64,000 nucleotides of DNA from Corallochytrium limacisporum Hawaii (taxonomy: Eukaryota > Protista > Pluriformea): contig PDIP01000001.1 of the NCBI GenBank assembly GCA_002811645.1, positions 268,608 to 332,607 on the forward strand, in the 5' to 3' direction. The translations under genes were made by a program, and so were the position numbers. Of the stretch, positions 11,978-22,202 are shown in pieces (the first letter of the stretch is position 1; each line of letters begins with the position of its first letter). The notes beneath the pieces are model-generated. The model ran no database searches. It was not told where the DNA came from and saw nothing but the letters and a program-made list of their open reading frames with translations.

Positions 11978-14416
11978 TCAGAAGGTGGACAACGACGCAG
12001 CCTCCAGTCGGCGTCGGAACTCCTCCACCTCGTCATCAACGTCCCGGCCAGCCAGGGTGTTCGGATCGTCGAGATGTGCAAGGTCGTCCTCATCAATCGC
12101 CCACTCAATATCTTCAAGATTTGGCAGAGCTTTCATTTTCTCGGCCAACGCAGCCGGGAGTGTCGCCTTGGTTCGGTCCATTGGCATCGACCATTCAATG
12201 TTCGTGGCTTGCAGTCTCGGTTTCACAACCTTCTGCGGAGCCAACACGTTGTCCTTCGTTCCGACCGATTCGTCTTTCGAATTGCCTTCAGCCTTCTTGC
12301 CATTGGTCTGGCTCTCTTGTCCCCGCTGTTGTGGCTGTTGCTGCTTTCGCTTCGTCTGCTGCTCCCGCTCCAGCTGCTCCCGCTCCTGCTGCTTCTCTAG
12401 TTCCTTCTGTTTCAGTTCCTGGAGCTGCTGCTTTTTCCGCTGGCGTTTGGCACGTTTCTTCGCAGCCTTGGATGTAGTTTCGTCGTCGTCGGCTCCGCTC
12501 TGGCCCATGTCGTTATCACCAGCTGAGAGCTGCTTCGCCGGCTTTCCGTCTAAGAACGCGAGCAAATCGTCAACATCCCGCTCATCGTCCGCCTCGGTTA
12601 CCTGCTCGTCCAGCGAGCCAGTGTCACCGATGTCGCCATGGCCAGAACCATCGCTGCCCTGACGTTGCATGGCCAGCAATTTCTGCCGCAGGCGTCGCCG
12701 CATGAACTCACTGCCGCGCGGTTTGACATTGTTCTGCGATGGCGCGGTGGGTGGTGGCGGAGCGGCAAGGTCCGGAGGTAGGCCATCTGCTCTCGGATGG
12801 CGCATGCCTGAATGATGATGGTGGGCCCCTCGATAATGATGATGTGGATGGTGGTGACCGTGGTGGTGAGCGTGATGCCCATGATGGAGGTGCTTGCGAT
12901 GATGGTGATTACCATGGTGATATTCGGGATGATGCCCCGGTGCACCAGGGTAGGGTCCAGCGTCTTGAGACAGGTCCTGCTGGTGGTCGGAGCGACCGTG
13001 GAACGTAGGTGTGACGTAACCGCCTGTAATTGGAGGTTGTATGACATGGCTGCCCTGCTGCTGCACCATTTCGTTCCTCGCCTGACAGGCGTCACAGAGA
13101 CAGGGTTCTTCTGTGATGCCATCGCTGGGACCGTACATCATCTCTTGCTGCATCTGTTGTTGGTGACTGTATGCCTGTCTCTCCTGTTCGTGCAGATCCG
13201 CACATTCCGAGCAGTCACAGTAGTACTCTTCACCTTCGTCTTCGCTGTAGTACTGATCTCCTTCAACGTAGTCTTCGTACTCGTCATCATCTTCGTAGTA
13301 CGGCGGCAGCGCCGTCCCGTCTCTCGCAATTGGTGGTGGCATGTACTCCATGGGTGGCGGGAGCTGTCTTGCTGCCCGAGCCTTGCAGTACGGACAGTTG
13401 GCGCAGTCGTCATCGTCTTCGTGCGTCGCCATCCCGGTTGCCTGCAACTGCCTCTCTCCGATCGGGGTTGAGGGCACGTGTTCCGGGTCGTCTGTGGTTA
13501 GGGGAGGCGCAATCTGTGTTGCTGACCCTGCGGCCAGGGATGGAGGAGGTGGCGGCTGTGTTGCGTTTTCGTTTGTAGCAGCCCGCATTGAATACATTGA
13601 CCGTAAAATCTCCGGATCCCCACCACTAAGCTGGTGTGCAATGGCCTTGGACGTAATATTAACTAAAGGCTTAATATCCAGGTAGTATGCCGTGGATGCC
13701 AGCTCGCAAAGATGGTTCTGATCCATGATCATGTAGTGGTCTACATTTAGCGGGTCACCTGTCCATGATGTTGGTCTGTCTCTGTCACTGATCTGTTGGT
13801 TTGCTGACATAATCGAGCTTGTCCTCGAATCGCTCTCCTTTGCCTTGTCCCAGCCCCTGCGGTTAGTTTCTGCTTCCAAAAACCGGAACACCCAGTGCAG
13901 GATCACATCTCTGACCTCCGGTAGGCGGATGAAGACTGCGTTCTTTTCCAAATTCTGCGGCTCCGTCGGCAGCTGTCGTGTGTACTCGGCGAGAGGAGGT
14001 ACGATCTCCGCCAGCAGACGCATTTCCTTCTTTAACAGGGCCTTACCGTTTTCAATTGTGAATATGCTGCCACCTAGAGTGTTGCGGAAGCTCGTCTGCT
14101 TCCCAAGGACTAGATGCCGTGCCGTCGGGCAAAGAGCAAGAATACTGTCATTGATCCATGCCAAAAAACCGTCCTGCGAGATCAGAGCCACTGCTTTGTT
14201 ATCTGCGAACCTACACGAGGCCGGCTTGCCAATAATGGACTGGGTCACAGGCACCCATTCCAATTGTCCTACTGGAGTCGTCTGTGATGTAGATGCAGGT
14301 GATGATCCATCGCTTCCTGACGGTATCGGATCCTCCTGATCCTGCATAGTTGGCTGTAATACTTCCGGCAATGCCTTCGCCGGGGAGGAACCAGTTTTAT
14401 TCCTCGCTCTCCCCAT
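11978..14416 (-). CDS. Type II SKP1-like protein (ASK20/21-like) with His/Cys-rich insertion and FAM193-like tail
   Basis: SKP1 POZ-like 'ALISQDG...LCP...IRLPEVRDVILHWVFRF', dimerisation region 'MDQNHLCELASTAYYLDIKPLVNITSKAIA', and tail motifs 'DERDVDDLLAFLDG' and 'DDEVEEFRRRL'. Confidence 0.75.
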   Translation of the reverse strand: MGRARNKTGSSPAKALPEVLQPTMQDQEDPIPSGSDGSSPASTSQTTPVGQLEWVPVTQSIIGKPASCRFADNKAVALISQDGFLAWINDSILALCPTARHLVLGKQTSFRNTLGGSIFTIENGKALLKKEMRLLAEIVPPLAEYTRQLPTEPQNLEKNAVFIRLPEVRDVILHWVFRFLEAETNRRGWDKAKESDSRTSSIMSANQQISDRDRPTSWTGDPLNVDHYMIMDQNHLCELASTAYYLDIKPLVNITSKAIAHQLSGGDPEILRSMYSMRAATNENATQPPPPPSLAAGSATQIAPPLTTDDPEHVPSTPIGERQLQATGMATHEDDDDCANCPYCKARAARQLPPPMEYMPPPIARDGTALPPYYEDDDEYEDYVEGDQYYSEDEGEEYYCDCSECADLHEQERQAYSHQQQMQQEMMYGPSDGITEEPCLCDACQARNEMVQQQGSHVIQPPITGGYVTPTFHGRSDHQQDLSQDAGPYPGAPGHHPEYHHGNHHHRKHLHHGHHAHHHGHHHPHHHYRGAHHHHSGMRHPRADGLPPDLAAPPPPTAPSQNNVKPRGSEFMRRRLRQKLLAMQRQGSDGSGHGDIGDTGSLDEQVTEADDERDVDDLLAFLDGKPAKQLSAGDNDMGQSGADDDETTSKAAKKRAKRQRKKQQLQELKQKELEKQQEREQLEREQQTKRKQQQPQQRGQESQTNGKKAEGNSKDESVGTKDNVLAPQKVVKPRLQATNIEWSMPMDRTKATLPAALAEKMKALPNLEDIEWAIDEDDLAHLDDPNTLAGRDVDDEVEEFRRRLEAASLSTF

Positions 14417-15853
14417 CTCTTCAATTAGGGTTGTTATAGTCGCTTTGCGAGGGATTTTCTCATGACTTCCGAAGCGTTCCCGATAGTTCTTGTTGCGATT
14501 CTGTCATAGTTGTTTGGTCTGAGATGTTGTCTGCCTTCACGCGTGCAGCTGCCCTTACAGTAAGGCTTAGGAACAGCGTTCGTCCCTGTCAGAACGTGTC
14601 CCATCATGGTTGTATGGCGGAATGCACCGGAAATAGCAGTCTACGGCCCCTCGCCACCTGACGTTTTCAACGGAACAGGATGTGGAAAAAGGATGCCAAA
14701 GACTTGTCACTTCCAGAAGAAATAAACGCTAGAGAATACAGAGAAGGCTGCTACTGACTCGAATACATTCATAAACTCGCCCGTTCGAGCGGCCACCCGC
14801 GCGCTTACGAGGCCCACTTGCCCGCGGGAAGATGGGAGTGCCAGCGCGGGACACCTTGCCACCCGACTGGTGTTAAAGAGGGAGTTTGAGAAGGGAGGTT
14901 GCGGGTACAGTGCCCCCCGGGGGGAAGGGGGGGGGAGGGGTGGCAAGGAGAGAGCTGACGAAGGAGAACTGTCAGCGTCTATCTACTAAACTCACCCAGC
15001 CTCCGCCTACCCCCTCCCCGGGCCCAGGGGAGGGTGAGTGAGCGGGAGCCCAAATAGAAGCATTCTCCGGGAGCCTCCCCTCGCCCGGAGCAGTAGGAGA
15101 AAACAAGGCGAAAATAGCCACCACCAACCTCCAGTGTTTTGATTATGGATTCTGAGATTGTGCCATGTGTCGAGTACACCAACCGGGAAGGAACCAGGAA
15201 CCAAGGGGGGAGAGCTAGAGTTGTTTGATTAGCAAATGGAGACGATGGGGGTTCTGGGATCACAATCAAAATGATACTAGACACAATCAAGAATGGCCCT
15301 CTGGCCTCAAGGGGACGAGAGTGGGAGGGGGGAGGTGTTGAGGTTGTTTGGAGCAAATGACAAGCGCACGCTAACCCTGGCCTCACGGAGGGCCAGCGGC
15401 CCATGAGAATCTGTGACCTTGAGGGCATAGGCAAAGGGATAGTGGTAAACACCCGGCACAACTGCCACAGTGTATGAATCCTTTGCAAACTCCACCCGTC
15501 CCAACGGAACGAACAGTATCAGCTGCTCCTGATTTCTCCGGTGTTGAGTTTGCACAAGGCAATGTTCAGGTTTGTACAAAATTTGGAGGTTTGGATCCAC
15601 GAAAAGAAAGGTATAATGACACGAACATCTGTTTGAAACCTCTGTACACGGTGCAACGACACTTACACAATAGATTCTTTGTTTCAGGGAAAGTGTTCTC
15701 ATAGTCAAGTTTGTGGGTTGTCCAAATAACGATCGAACACGGTCGCTAAGAACCAGAAACAGGACGTCGGAATCGCGCTAAATTGTTCTAGTATCGCGAA
15801 CGAGAAGTAATTGTTGTGGGCATATCATAGAATACCACAAAAAGAGAACCACC

Positions 15854-16117
15854 ATGCGTGTCACACAGGTTCTTCGCGGTGGAGTCAAGCGCTACCCTTA
15901 CCCCAAGGCAGTCTGGAGTCCGGCTGGAGGCTGGTGGCCAGAGCCCGTGCACTGGAAGCGCAATACGGTCATTGCATTCGCTATGGGATTTGCCCTCTGC
16001 GTTCCGGTTATGATGATCTCTTCTGCGAATGAGAAGAGCTTGACCCCCAACCGTCCCATTCCTTCAACGGCATGGCGCAAGCACGGTCCCATGGATCAGG
16101 AGCCTAAGAAATACTAA
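15854..16117 (+). CDS. Mitochondrial complex I accessory subunit, fungal NUUM-like
   Basis: 87 aa. 'GG..RYPYPKAVWSPAGGWWPEPVHWKRNT' followed by one transmembrane helix. Confidence 0.8.
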   Translation: MRVTQVLRGGVKRYPYPKAVWSPAGGWWPEPVHWKRNTVIAFAMGFALCVPVMMISSANEKSLTPNRPIPSTAWRKHGPMDQEPKKY

Positions 16118-16463
16118 GTGGAGGATCTGTTATGGGATGATATAAAATAACGAAACACAAAAAAGTCACCACGAGTAGCACACGTGATCGCACCAGGGAT
16201 TTGGATCATTGGAAACCCGATGATCACAAAACACATAAAAGTATGAGCAAATACAAAGTTCCTCCATGTGAGGATGTTAGTTCCGTAATCAATTCCAGGA
16301 CTTATTCTATTACTTTCTTTCTCGATTTCATATGTGCAACTACGTTTTATGTTGTTTCTTTGTGGCTATAACTAAGAGCAAGGTATGTTAGAGAAATGGT
16401 TGTGAACGCGCAATTGTGTTGTTCAGGTCACCGGCTGCAACTCCGTGTGCAAAATGTCATCTG

Positions 16464-17600
16464 TTAAACGGGAACGTTTTCATACAGATACGACACAGAC
16501 TCGTTGTGATGAATGCGACGGATCGCTTCAGCAAACACCGGAGCAACGTCAATAACTTCGAGCTTCGATGACATCCGGCAGGCCTCCTCTTGAGGAATCG
16601 TATTGGTGACAATGATTTTCTTCACCGTCGATTTCTCAAGTTTCTTCAGGGCATCACCGCTAAAGATACCGTGCGTGGCCATGACGTAGACCTCCGTGGC
16701 ACCGGCATCCTTCAGGACCTCAGCGCCCCTCAAGAAAGACTTGCCTTCATCAATCAAATCATCAAGCATGATACAGCTGCGTCCACTCACGTTTCCGATG
16801 ACAACCATGGTTCCTTCCGGGCCATCCTCATCATCAGACTCACTCATGTCGCCAGTCATAGGCATGGCTTGGTTAGGGTTCCATTTCTTTGACTGTTCTA
16901 CGGCCTGGGCGGCCAAATTGTTGTCCGCTGTGCTGGTCAGGCGCCGACGGATCTTCTTAGCCTTCTGGGTCGGCGTTTCTGACTGGTGAATGATTGCAAA
17001 CTCAAGTCCAAGTTTATCCGCGACGTGGGTCACGCGCTTAGCACCACCGGAGTTTTTGGCAACGATGACCAGGTCCTGTGGGGACATATCGTTGGCCAAC
17101 ATGATCCTTCTCTGGATGTACTGCACCTGCAGGGGTACTGGTACCAAGTTATCAACCGGAATGTCAAAGAATCCCTGAATCTGTACTGCATGCAAATCCA
17201 TGGTTATCAGCTGGTCCACTCCCGCCACACGCAGCATGTTCGCAACCAACTTAGCCGGAATATTACCGCGTGTATATTTCTTCTTGGACTGCTTCGAGTA
17301 CGGGTAGTATGGCATCACAGCCACTACCCGCGCAGCTGAAGCTGTACGGCAGGCATTAACCAGGATAAGCAGCTCCATGAGCACGTCATTCACCTCACCG
17401 CAGCCCGACTGCAAGACAAAGGTGTCCGTCTCACGCACGCTCGACCGGATTTCGACACGGGTTTCCTGGTTGGCAAATTTTCCGCACCTGACTTCGGTGA
17501 GCTTTATGCCGAAAGTTTCTACGATTTTCTGGGCGAGTTCCGGGTGTGAGTTGCCACACATCACTGTAAGTGATGCTTTACCTCCCTGCGGCGTCGTCAT
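16464..17600 (-). CDS. Phosphoribosyl-pyrophosphate synthetase-associated protein (PRPSAP-type, probably non-catalytic PRPS paralog)
   Basis: PRPS fold (GNSHPELA, MDLH..QIQGFF.IPVDNL, THG.FSG, AEAIRRIHH.ESVS) with PRPSAP-type substitutions PYSKQSK, IVAK and DDLIDE, plus a long loop insertion. Confidence 0.85.
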   Translation of the reverse strand: MTTPQGGKASLTVMCGNSHPELAQKIVETFGIKLTEVRCGKFANQETRVEIRSSVRETDTFVLQSGCGEVNDVLMELLILVNACRTASAARVVAVMPYYPYSKQSKKKYTRGNIPAKLVANMLRVAGVDQLITMDLHAVQIQGFFDIPVDNLVPVPLQVQYIQRRIMLANDMSPQDLVIVAKNSGGAKRVTHVADKLGLEFAIIHQSETPTQKAKKIRRRLTSTADNNLAAQAVEQSKKWNPNQAMPMTGDMSESDDEDGPEGTMVVIGNVSGRSCIMLDDLIDEGKSFLRGAEVLKDAGATEVYVMATHGIFSGDALKKLEKSTVKKIIVTNTIPQEEACRMSSKLEVIDVAPVFAEAIRRIHHNESVSYLYENVPV

Positions 17601-18829
17601 TATTTAACAATGTATGGTCTTCTCAACGGATCCCTAACCTCTGATTTATTTATTTAGCAGTAGGTGTCGTCTCGGTCCTCTATTGACAGCCGATGGAAAA
17701 CGAACGTGCTTCACAATATGCTTCAAACCAATATATCTCTGGTAGAGTACTTGTGACCTTTGTAATTTCTGCCCTATGGTACAGTTCGAAATGATATTGA
17801 ATTGCTATTCCTTTGAGGTGTGTACCACATGGTGCTTTCGTGCACGGTAACTACAACTACCTTCTCTAAACTGCAAGTCGTCAAGATTCACACACGGAAT
17901 CCTTCCAGAATTCTAAGCAAAGTTCTGGGCCATAGCTGCACAAATTGCTCAGTCATGGAGGCAACGAGATAGAGTCCACTCGTTTCCTCCTATCTAACTC
18001 ATCCCATGACGCCTGCAACTTAGTTGAGAGAAACTCTCCTATCTAATTTGGCCCCTTGACCCGCACTGGCTCCTCCTCCTCTTTCTTATCATTTAGGTCG
18101 CGCGCATTGGCGAGGTCTGTGGTCCACCGTGCGGCTGGTAGCGCTCCCCGCCAGAGAAGCGCGCTTGATGGGCGGCCCGTAGAAGATACCATACGGACCA
18201 AGGGAGGGGGACTGTGCCGGGAGAGAGGGGGCTTTAATATACGATAGTATCTGGAGAACCGTTGCTGGCCCTCCCGAGGTCTTGACAACTCCTAGGCAGG
18301 AAAGGCAACGGGGAGGCGCCCACCAGCGGAGCCCAAGTAAAGGAGGAGAAGCTGGCAGCGCACGCAGCCACTAGCGTGCGCCTTGGGGTCTTGGGTGTTT
18401 GGCTCCTTCCGCAAAATTCTCGGATTCGCAAATCTCCGTTTCTCTCACCACCCTTTGTTATGGGATTTCCTTAGCCTCAGACCTGGCTGTCTGAACTGGC
18501 TGGCCGTCTACGCGCAAGCGAGCTCAAAGAACAACTTACTAAGCGCCGCCCCGACCGGGCGGAGGGCACCCCGTGGGTAGCCCCCGGGAGGGGTGGGGAG
18601 GTTAAGCCAGCGAGCAGGTGGTCTCACACAGGCTGCGTAAGACTGGCTGGTGGTTGGGAGGGGGAACCTCACCAGCAAGCTTACCGGATGCCCTGGCTTG
18701 TCGAAATGGATGGCACTTCTAATTCGAGAGATGGATCGCATATTTGGGTGTTTAAGAAATGGGAATGGACTTGTCAAGTGTGCACTCGGGGAGCGGAAAT
18801 TGATACAAATGCTAGATTCCAATGAGGAG

Positions 18830-19126
18830 GTAAGTATTTCCAACTATCAAGGCTCGACCGGACGCGGAAGAACGAATCAACATCCTAACTCTGACAAATT
18901 GACTTGGTAGTACAAATCTGCCACCATTTCTGAGTCTCATTATCAGAGGAGAACGATACTATAGAGATTTATATAGCTTTTGGCCTGTGGGAAGTCAACA
19001 GTGTCCACAGGTCACTCAAGAATCTGACATCGTTTGCTTTCTTCTCGTCTGTTCAGGATCTCTCCGTTGTGTTTCTACAAGGATTCTTTCGCTAACTCTT
19101 GCATACTTGTTCATTCTGATCTTTAG
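18830..19126 (+). other. Candidate spliceosomal intron 5' of the GNAT gene
   Basis: AG|GTAAGT donor at 18830, GCTAAC branch point at 19091, pyrimidine tract, TAG acceptor ending at 19126. Alternative acceptors at 18910 and 19056. Confidence 0.5.
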
Positions 19127-19138
19127 GTATTGTGTGTC

Positions 19139-19738
19139 ATGACGACATCATCCATAGAAAACCAGCCACCGGGACCGGCTCGCATTGACCTTGTGCGCTC
19201 AAGGACGCTCGAACACAAGGAATCTGAGCTCCTGAAGTCACGGGAAGATTCTGGCGCAACATTAGCTTGCGTACGCGTACCGCATGGATCAGAACTGTAT
19301 TCCAAAGTGATTGATTTGCGTCGTGATCTTTTAAGGACACCTTTGGGACTCGTATTTACAGAGGAAGAGATTGCAGCGGAGGTCGCGTGCCTGCACTACG
19401 CCATCGTTGTGCTGAGGACGGGCGAAAACTTAGATCAGATCCCTAAGGAAGATTTGTTGGGAGTCTGCAAGCTTACTCTGAACGATCCTCAGGGTAGATC
19501 ACTGCAGATTAAGCAAGTGGCTGTGTCACCGACCGCCCAAGGATATGGTATTGGGTCCACGTTGATGCTCACGCTAGAGGGCCTGCGATCCGACCCCGAG
19601 CTGCGAACTACACGCTTGTTCTGTCACGCGAGGGACCACGCTGTACCCTTTTACGAGAAACTCGGATACACACGAGAGACTGAGAAACCGTTCCTAGAAG
19701 TCACAATCCCGCACCATCGCATGGGCAAGCTGATTTAA
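19139..19738 (+). CDS. GNAT-family N-acetyltransferase (YjcF/ElaA-like)
   Basis: 'LRRDLLRTPLG', acetyl-CoA motif A 'QVAVSPTAQGYGIGSTLM', 'LFCHARDHAVPFYEKLGY', and C-terminal 'FLEVTIPHHRM'. Confidence 0.88.
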   Translation: MTTSSIENQPPGPARIDLVRSRTLEHKESELLKSREDSGATLACVRVPHGSELYSKVIDLRRDLLRTPLGLVFTEEEIAAEVACLHYAIVVLRTGENLDQIPKEDLLGVCKLTLNDPQGRSLQIKQVAVSPTAQGYGIGSTLMLTLEGLRSDPELRTTRLFCHARDHAVPFYEKLGYTRETEKPFLEVTIPHHRMGKLI

Positions 19739-20772
19739 TGTGGGCAAACGACAACGGGACTATGGACGGAAGGAACACTCCTAGAGATGGCAATGGCGAT
19801 GCCACTACCGCGCTGATGAATAATGAACGGAAGTTTCCCTTCCAAGAGTGGAAACGTGAAATGATCTCCGCCGGTCTAGTGCCGGCCGAGCTTAACACAA
19901 AATCTAGTATCAAGAAATGGCTCAAGAACCAATGGTTCGCTATTCACAAGGCCCAGTGGAGGCACGAGGAGCGACAGCGTCGGAAGGACAACAAGCGGAA
20001 GTACCATGAGCTTATGGAAGACCAGGCAGTGAAGTCGACTGGAGATGGCGATAAACGAGACAGTGAAGAACCATTGGCATTTGGGCCAGGTAGGAAACGC
20101 AAACGTCAGTTCATGCATATGGCGGACAGTCCGAACAAGACATCAGTGGTGCTCGATCTCATGGCTGTTCATGTTATGACCGACTCGGAGACCTCAAAAG
20201 TTTTGAGCCAAGTGTCACGGTGCTATTCGATTAATCGTCGCATGGAGCAGCCGTTCCAGTACCATGTGACGTCGCTGGAGACAGTTAAGAATAAGTTGCC
20301 GCAAAACTATGTTAACTGGGATTGCCAGAAACACGACGCGGACTACCTCGATGTCTTTCGCGATCGCAAACAGAACATCATCTACCTCACTTCGGACAGT
20401 CCGAACGTCCTTCAAGAATTTAATCCCGAAGACGTCCTCATCATCGGAGGACTAGTGGATCACAACCGTTTGAAGGACTACACAGTTCGGCATGCTAACG
20501 AAGTAGGTGTCAAGACAGCACGGTTGCCGATCCGTGAGAACTTGACCTACCCCCTCAGAGAAGTGCTGAGTATTCCTCACGTCTACGACATTCTGGCGCA
20601 CTTTCAAAAATCCCGGGACTGGAAGCAAGCGTTGGAGGCCGGCATACCGCCTCGAAATTTAGAGCGGGCAGAGAGCCAAGCGGCGTTCATGAAACAGAAG
20701 CAAGAGGACGCCGCAGCAAAGAGGGCCGCCAAGGAAGCGAAGAAAGCTACTGATCAGCTAATAGTAGATTAA
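19738..20772 (+). CDS. TRM10: tRNA m1G9 methyltransferase TRM10 (SPOUT family)
   Basis: 'QVSRCYSINRR', 'IIYLTSDSPNVL', 'IIGGLVDHNR', 'TARLPI', 'VLSIPHV', 'WKQALEAGIPPR'. The start may be 19738 or a later ATG (19762, 19816). Confidence 0.92.
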   Translation: MWANDNGTMDGRNTPRDGNGDATTALMNNERKFPFQEWKREMISAGLVPAELNTKSSIKKWLKNQWFAIHKAQWRHEERQRRKDNKRKYHELMEDQAVKSTGDGDKRDSEEPLAFGPGRKRKRQFMHMADSPNKTSVVLDLMAVHVMTDSETSKVLSQVSRCYSINRRMEQPFQYHVTSLETVKNKLPQNYVNWDCQKHDADYLDVFRDRKQNIIYLTSDSPNVLQEFNPEDVLIIGGLVDHNRLKDYTVRHANEVGVKTARLPIRENLTYPLREVLSIPHVYDILAHFQKSRDWKQALEAGIPPRNLERAESQAAFMKQKQEDAAAKRAAKEAKKATDQLIVD

Positions 20773-20849
20773 ACTGAAGACATTTCAACAATGTAATCTT
20801 CTGTATGTTCTTTATTGGCTTGATTAATGACATGTATCTAGATCTCTGT

Positions 20850-21134
20850 TTAGACTTTGAGAATGTGGCGCCGTTCCACCTTTAGTGTCGACTCGCGCAA
20901 AATGGCCTTGTCCATATTATCAATTGCCGCAGTGCAGTCATCCAGGTCTTCATATTCAATGAAAGCCATGGGATTATGACTTTTTCTTTGTGTTTCTGAG
21001 ATCTCTATCGAAACAATTGGTCCGAAGGCATTAAAAAGTAGCTGCAGATCCTCATTTGTTACGTCCCCAGGAAGACCTCTCACGCATACTGTCCTCTGGG
21101 CCCGTGCCTCATCACTTACGGCTGCTGATTCCAT
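20850..21134 (-). CDS. Stand-alone RRM protein resembling the N-terminal RRM of cyclophilin E (PPIE/CYP33)
   Basis: 94 aa. 'RTVCVRGL', 'FNAFGPI' and 'AFIEYEDLDDCTAAIDNM', where AAIDNM is typical of the PPIE RRM. Confidence 0.7.
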   Translation of the reverse strand: MESAAVSDEARAQRTVCVRGLPGDVTNEDLQLLFNAFGPIVSIEISETQRKSHNPMAFIEYEDLDDCTAAIDNMDKAILRESTLKVERRHILKV

Positions 21135-22202
21135 GGTATTTAACCGGAGTCATCCAGTGAACTAGTACCTCCTGACAAGTCTGTGATTGATACCCCAAAT
21201 ACGTTCATTGAGAACAGTGTGCGCAAGTGGCACCTTTCCGGAAAAAAGTCGCGTGAGGGCCCGTTGGCTTTAGTTTCGTCCGTGTACACAAATAGGCCCC
21301 CGCTTGTGTCCCACTGGTAACTCGAGGAGATGTGAAGTCTCGCTTTGCGCTCAGAGAACTGCCAGTCGTTGGAGTGACAGTGAGCGGTTTAGCAAAGGCC
21401 ATGGCCCGGCTTAATTTCGAAACCGATGCCTAGAGTGTCAGCATCGGCGCCCAACTCCGCGGATCCGGCAGTGACGACTGCGACCCAGACATTGTGCACA
21501 TAGAAACATTATTGACGATCCTCGGGAAGTACGGTGATGCGTAGGGCATCCAAGACATTCGCATGGTCATGGCCCAATTGTTGTAGTGCAGTGAGCTAGA
21601 ACTGGAGTTTAAGCTGCCGTCTGCGTTAAACACGGGCAGTCTGGTCAAGGAGGTACTGGGCTTCCAGTGAGTAGCCTTAATAGTATATATCCACCTACGC
21701 ACAGGAATTGAGACGTCCACATTCATAATGCACCGGAGTATAGAGGCTCGAGTAACCGTGTACTGAAACTACTGTTTGTCTGTAGAATTGACAACTTTTT
21801 TCTCTGACCCTCCTACGGTTTCTCCCTCTCGTCCCCCCTCCCTCGCGTTTGAGCTGCACAGTGCGAACCCGCCCCGTAGGACGGCGAGGGCCCACGAGGA
21901 CTGGAGCCCGTTGCCTGCTCGTGCCCGAGCAGGAACCCACCCGCATCAGCTTAATCAGTCTCTTTGTCCTCGCTCTCATCTCTTTCCTGTCGTACGTGTC
22001 ATAAATTTCTTTTTGTAGTTCTGCAAAGGTATTCCGGGAGCGACAGACTGGGTTTACCAATTTGGAGCTTCGAACTAGGAAAACCAGATCAGTTTACCTA
22101 GTCAACCTAGTCACATCCACCAAGATTATGATACAGGCATAAGGAAAAGGAAGTACCTCGGGATACATCTTGCAAGCAGACACACGTATATAGGTGCCGA
22201 AG

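Noticed and set aside
18300-18700. GC-rich segment as RNase P/MRP or SRP RNA
   Set aside because: A GGTCTGAG is present on the minus strand, but the full P4 consensus and a correctly placed partner were not found. An Infernal/Rfam search would be needed.
19684-19740. Programmed -1 frameshift fusing GNAT and TRM10
   Set aside because: The -1 frame is open here, but there is no canonical X XXY YYZ slippery site and the GNAT ends at its family-typical C-terminus.
21140-21726. Possible pseudogene on the minus strand between the RRM gene and NOP12, with faint similarity (TLGIGFE vs TLEVGFE) to ORF 29024
   Set aside because: Stops at 21509 and 21389, and the similarity is too short to distinguish from chance.
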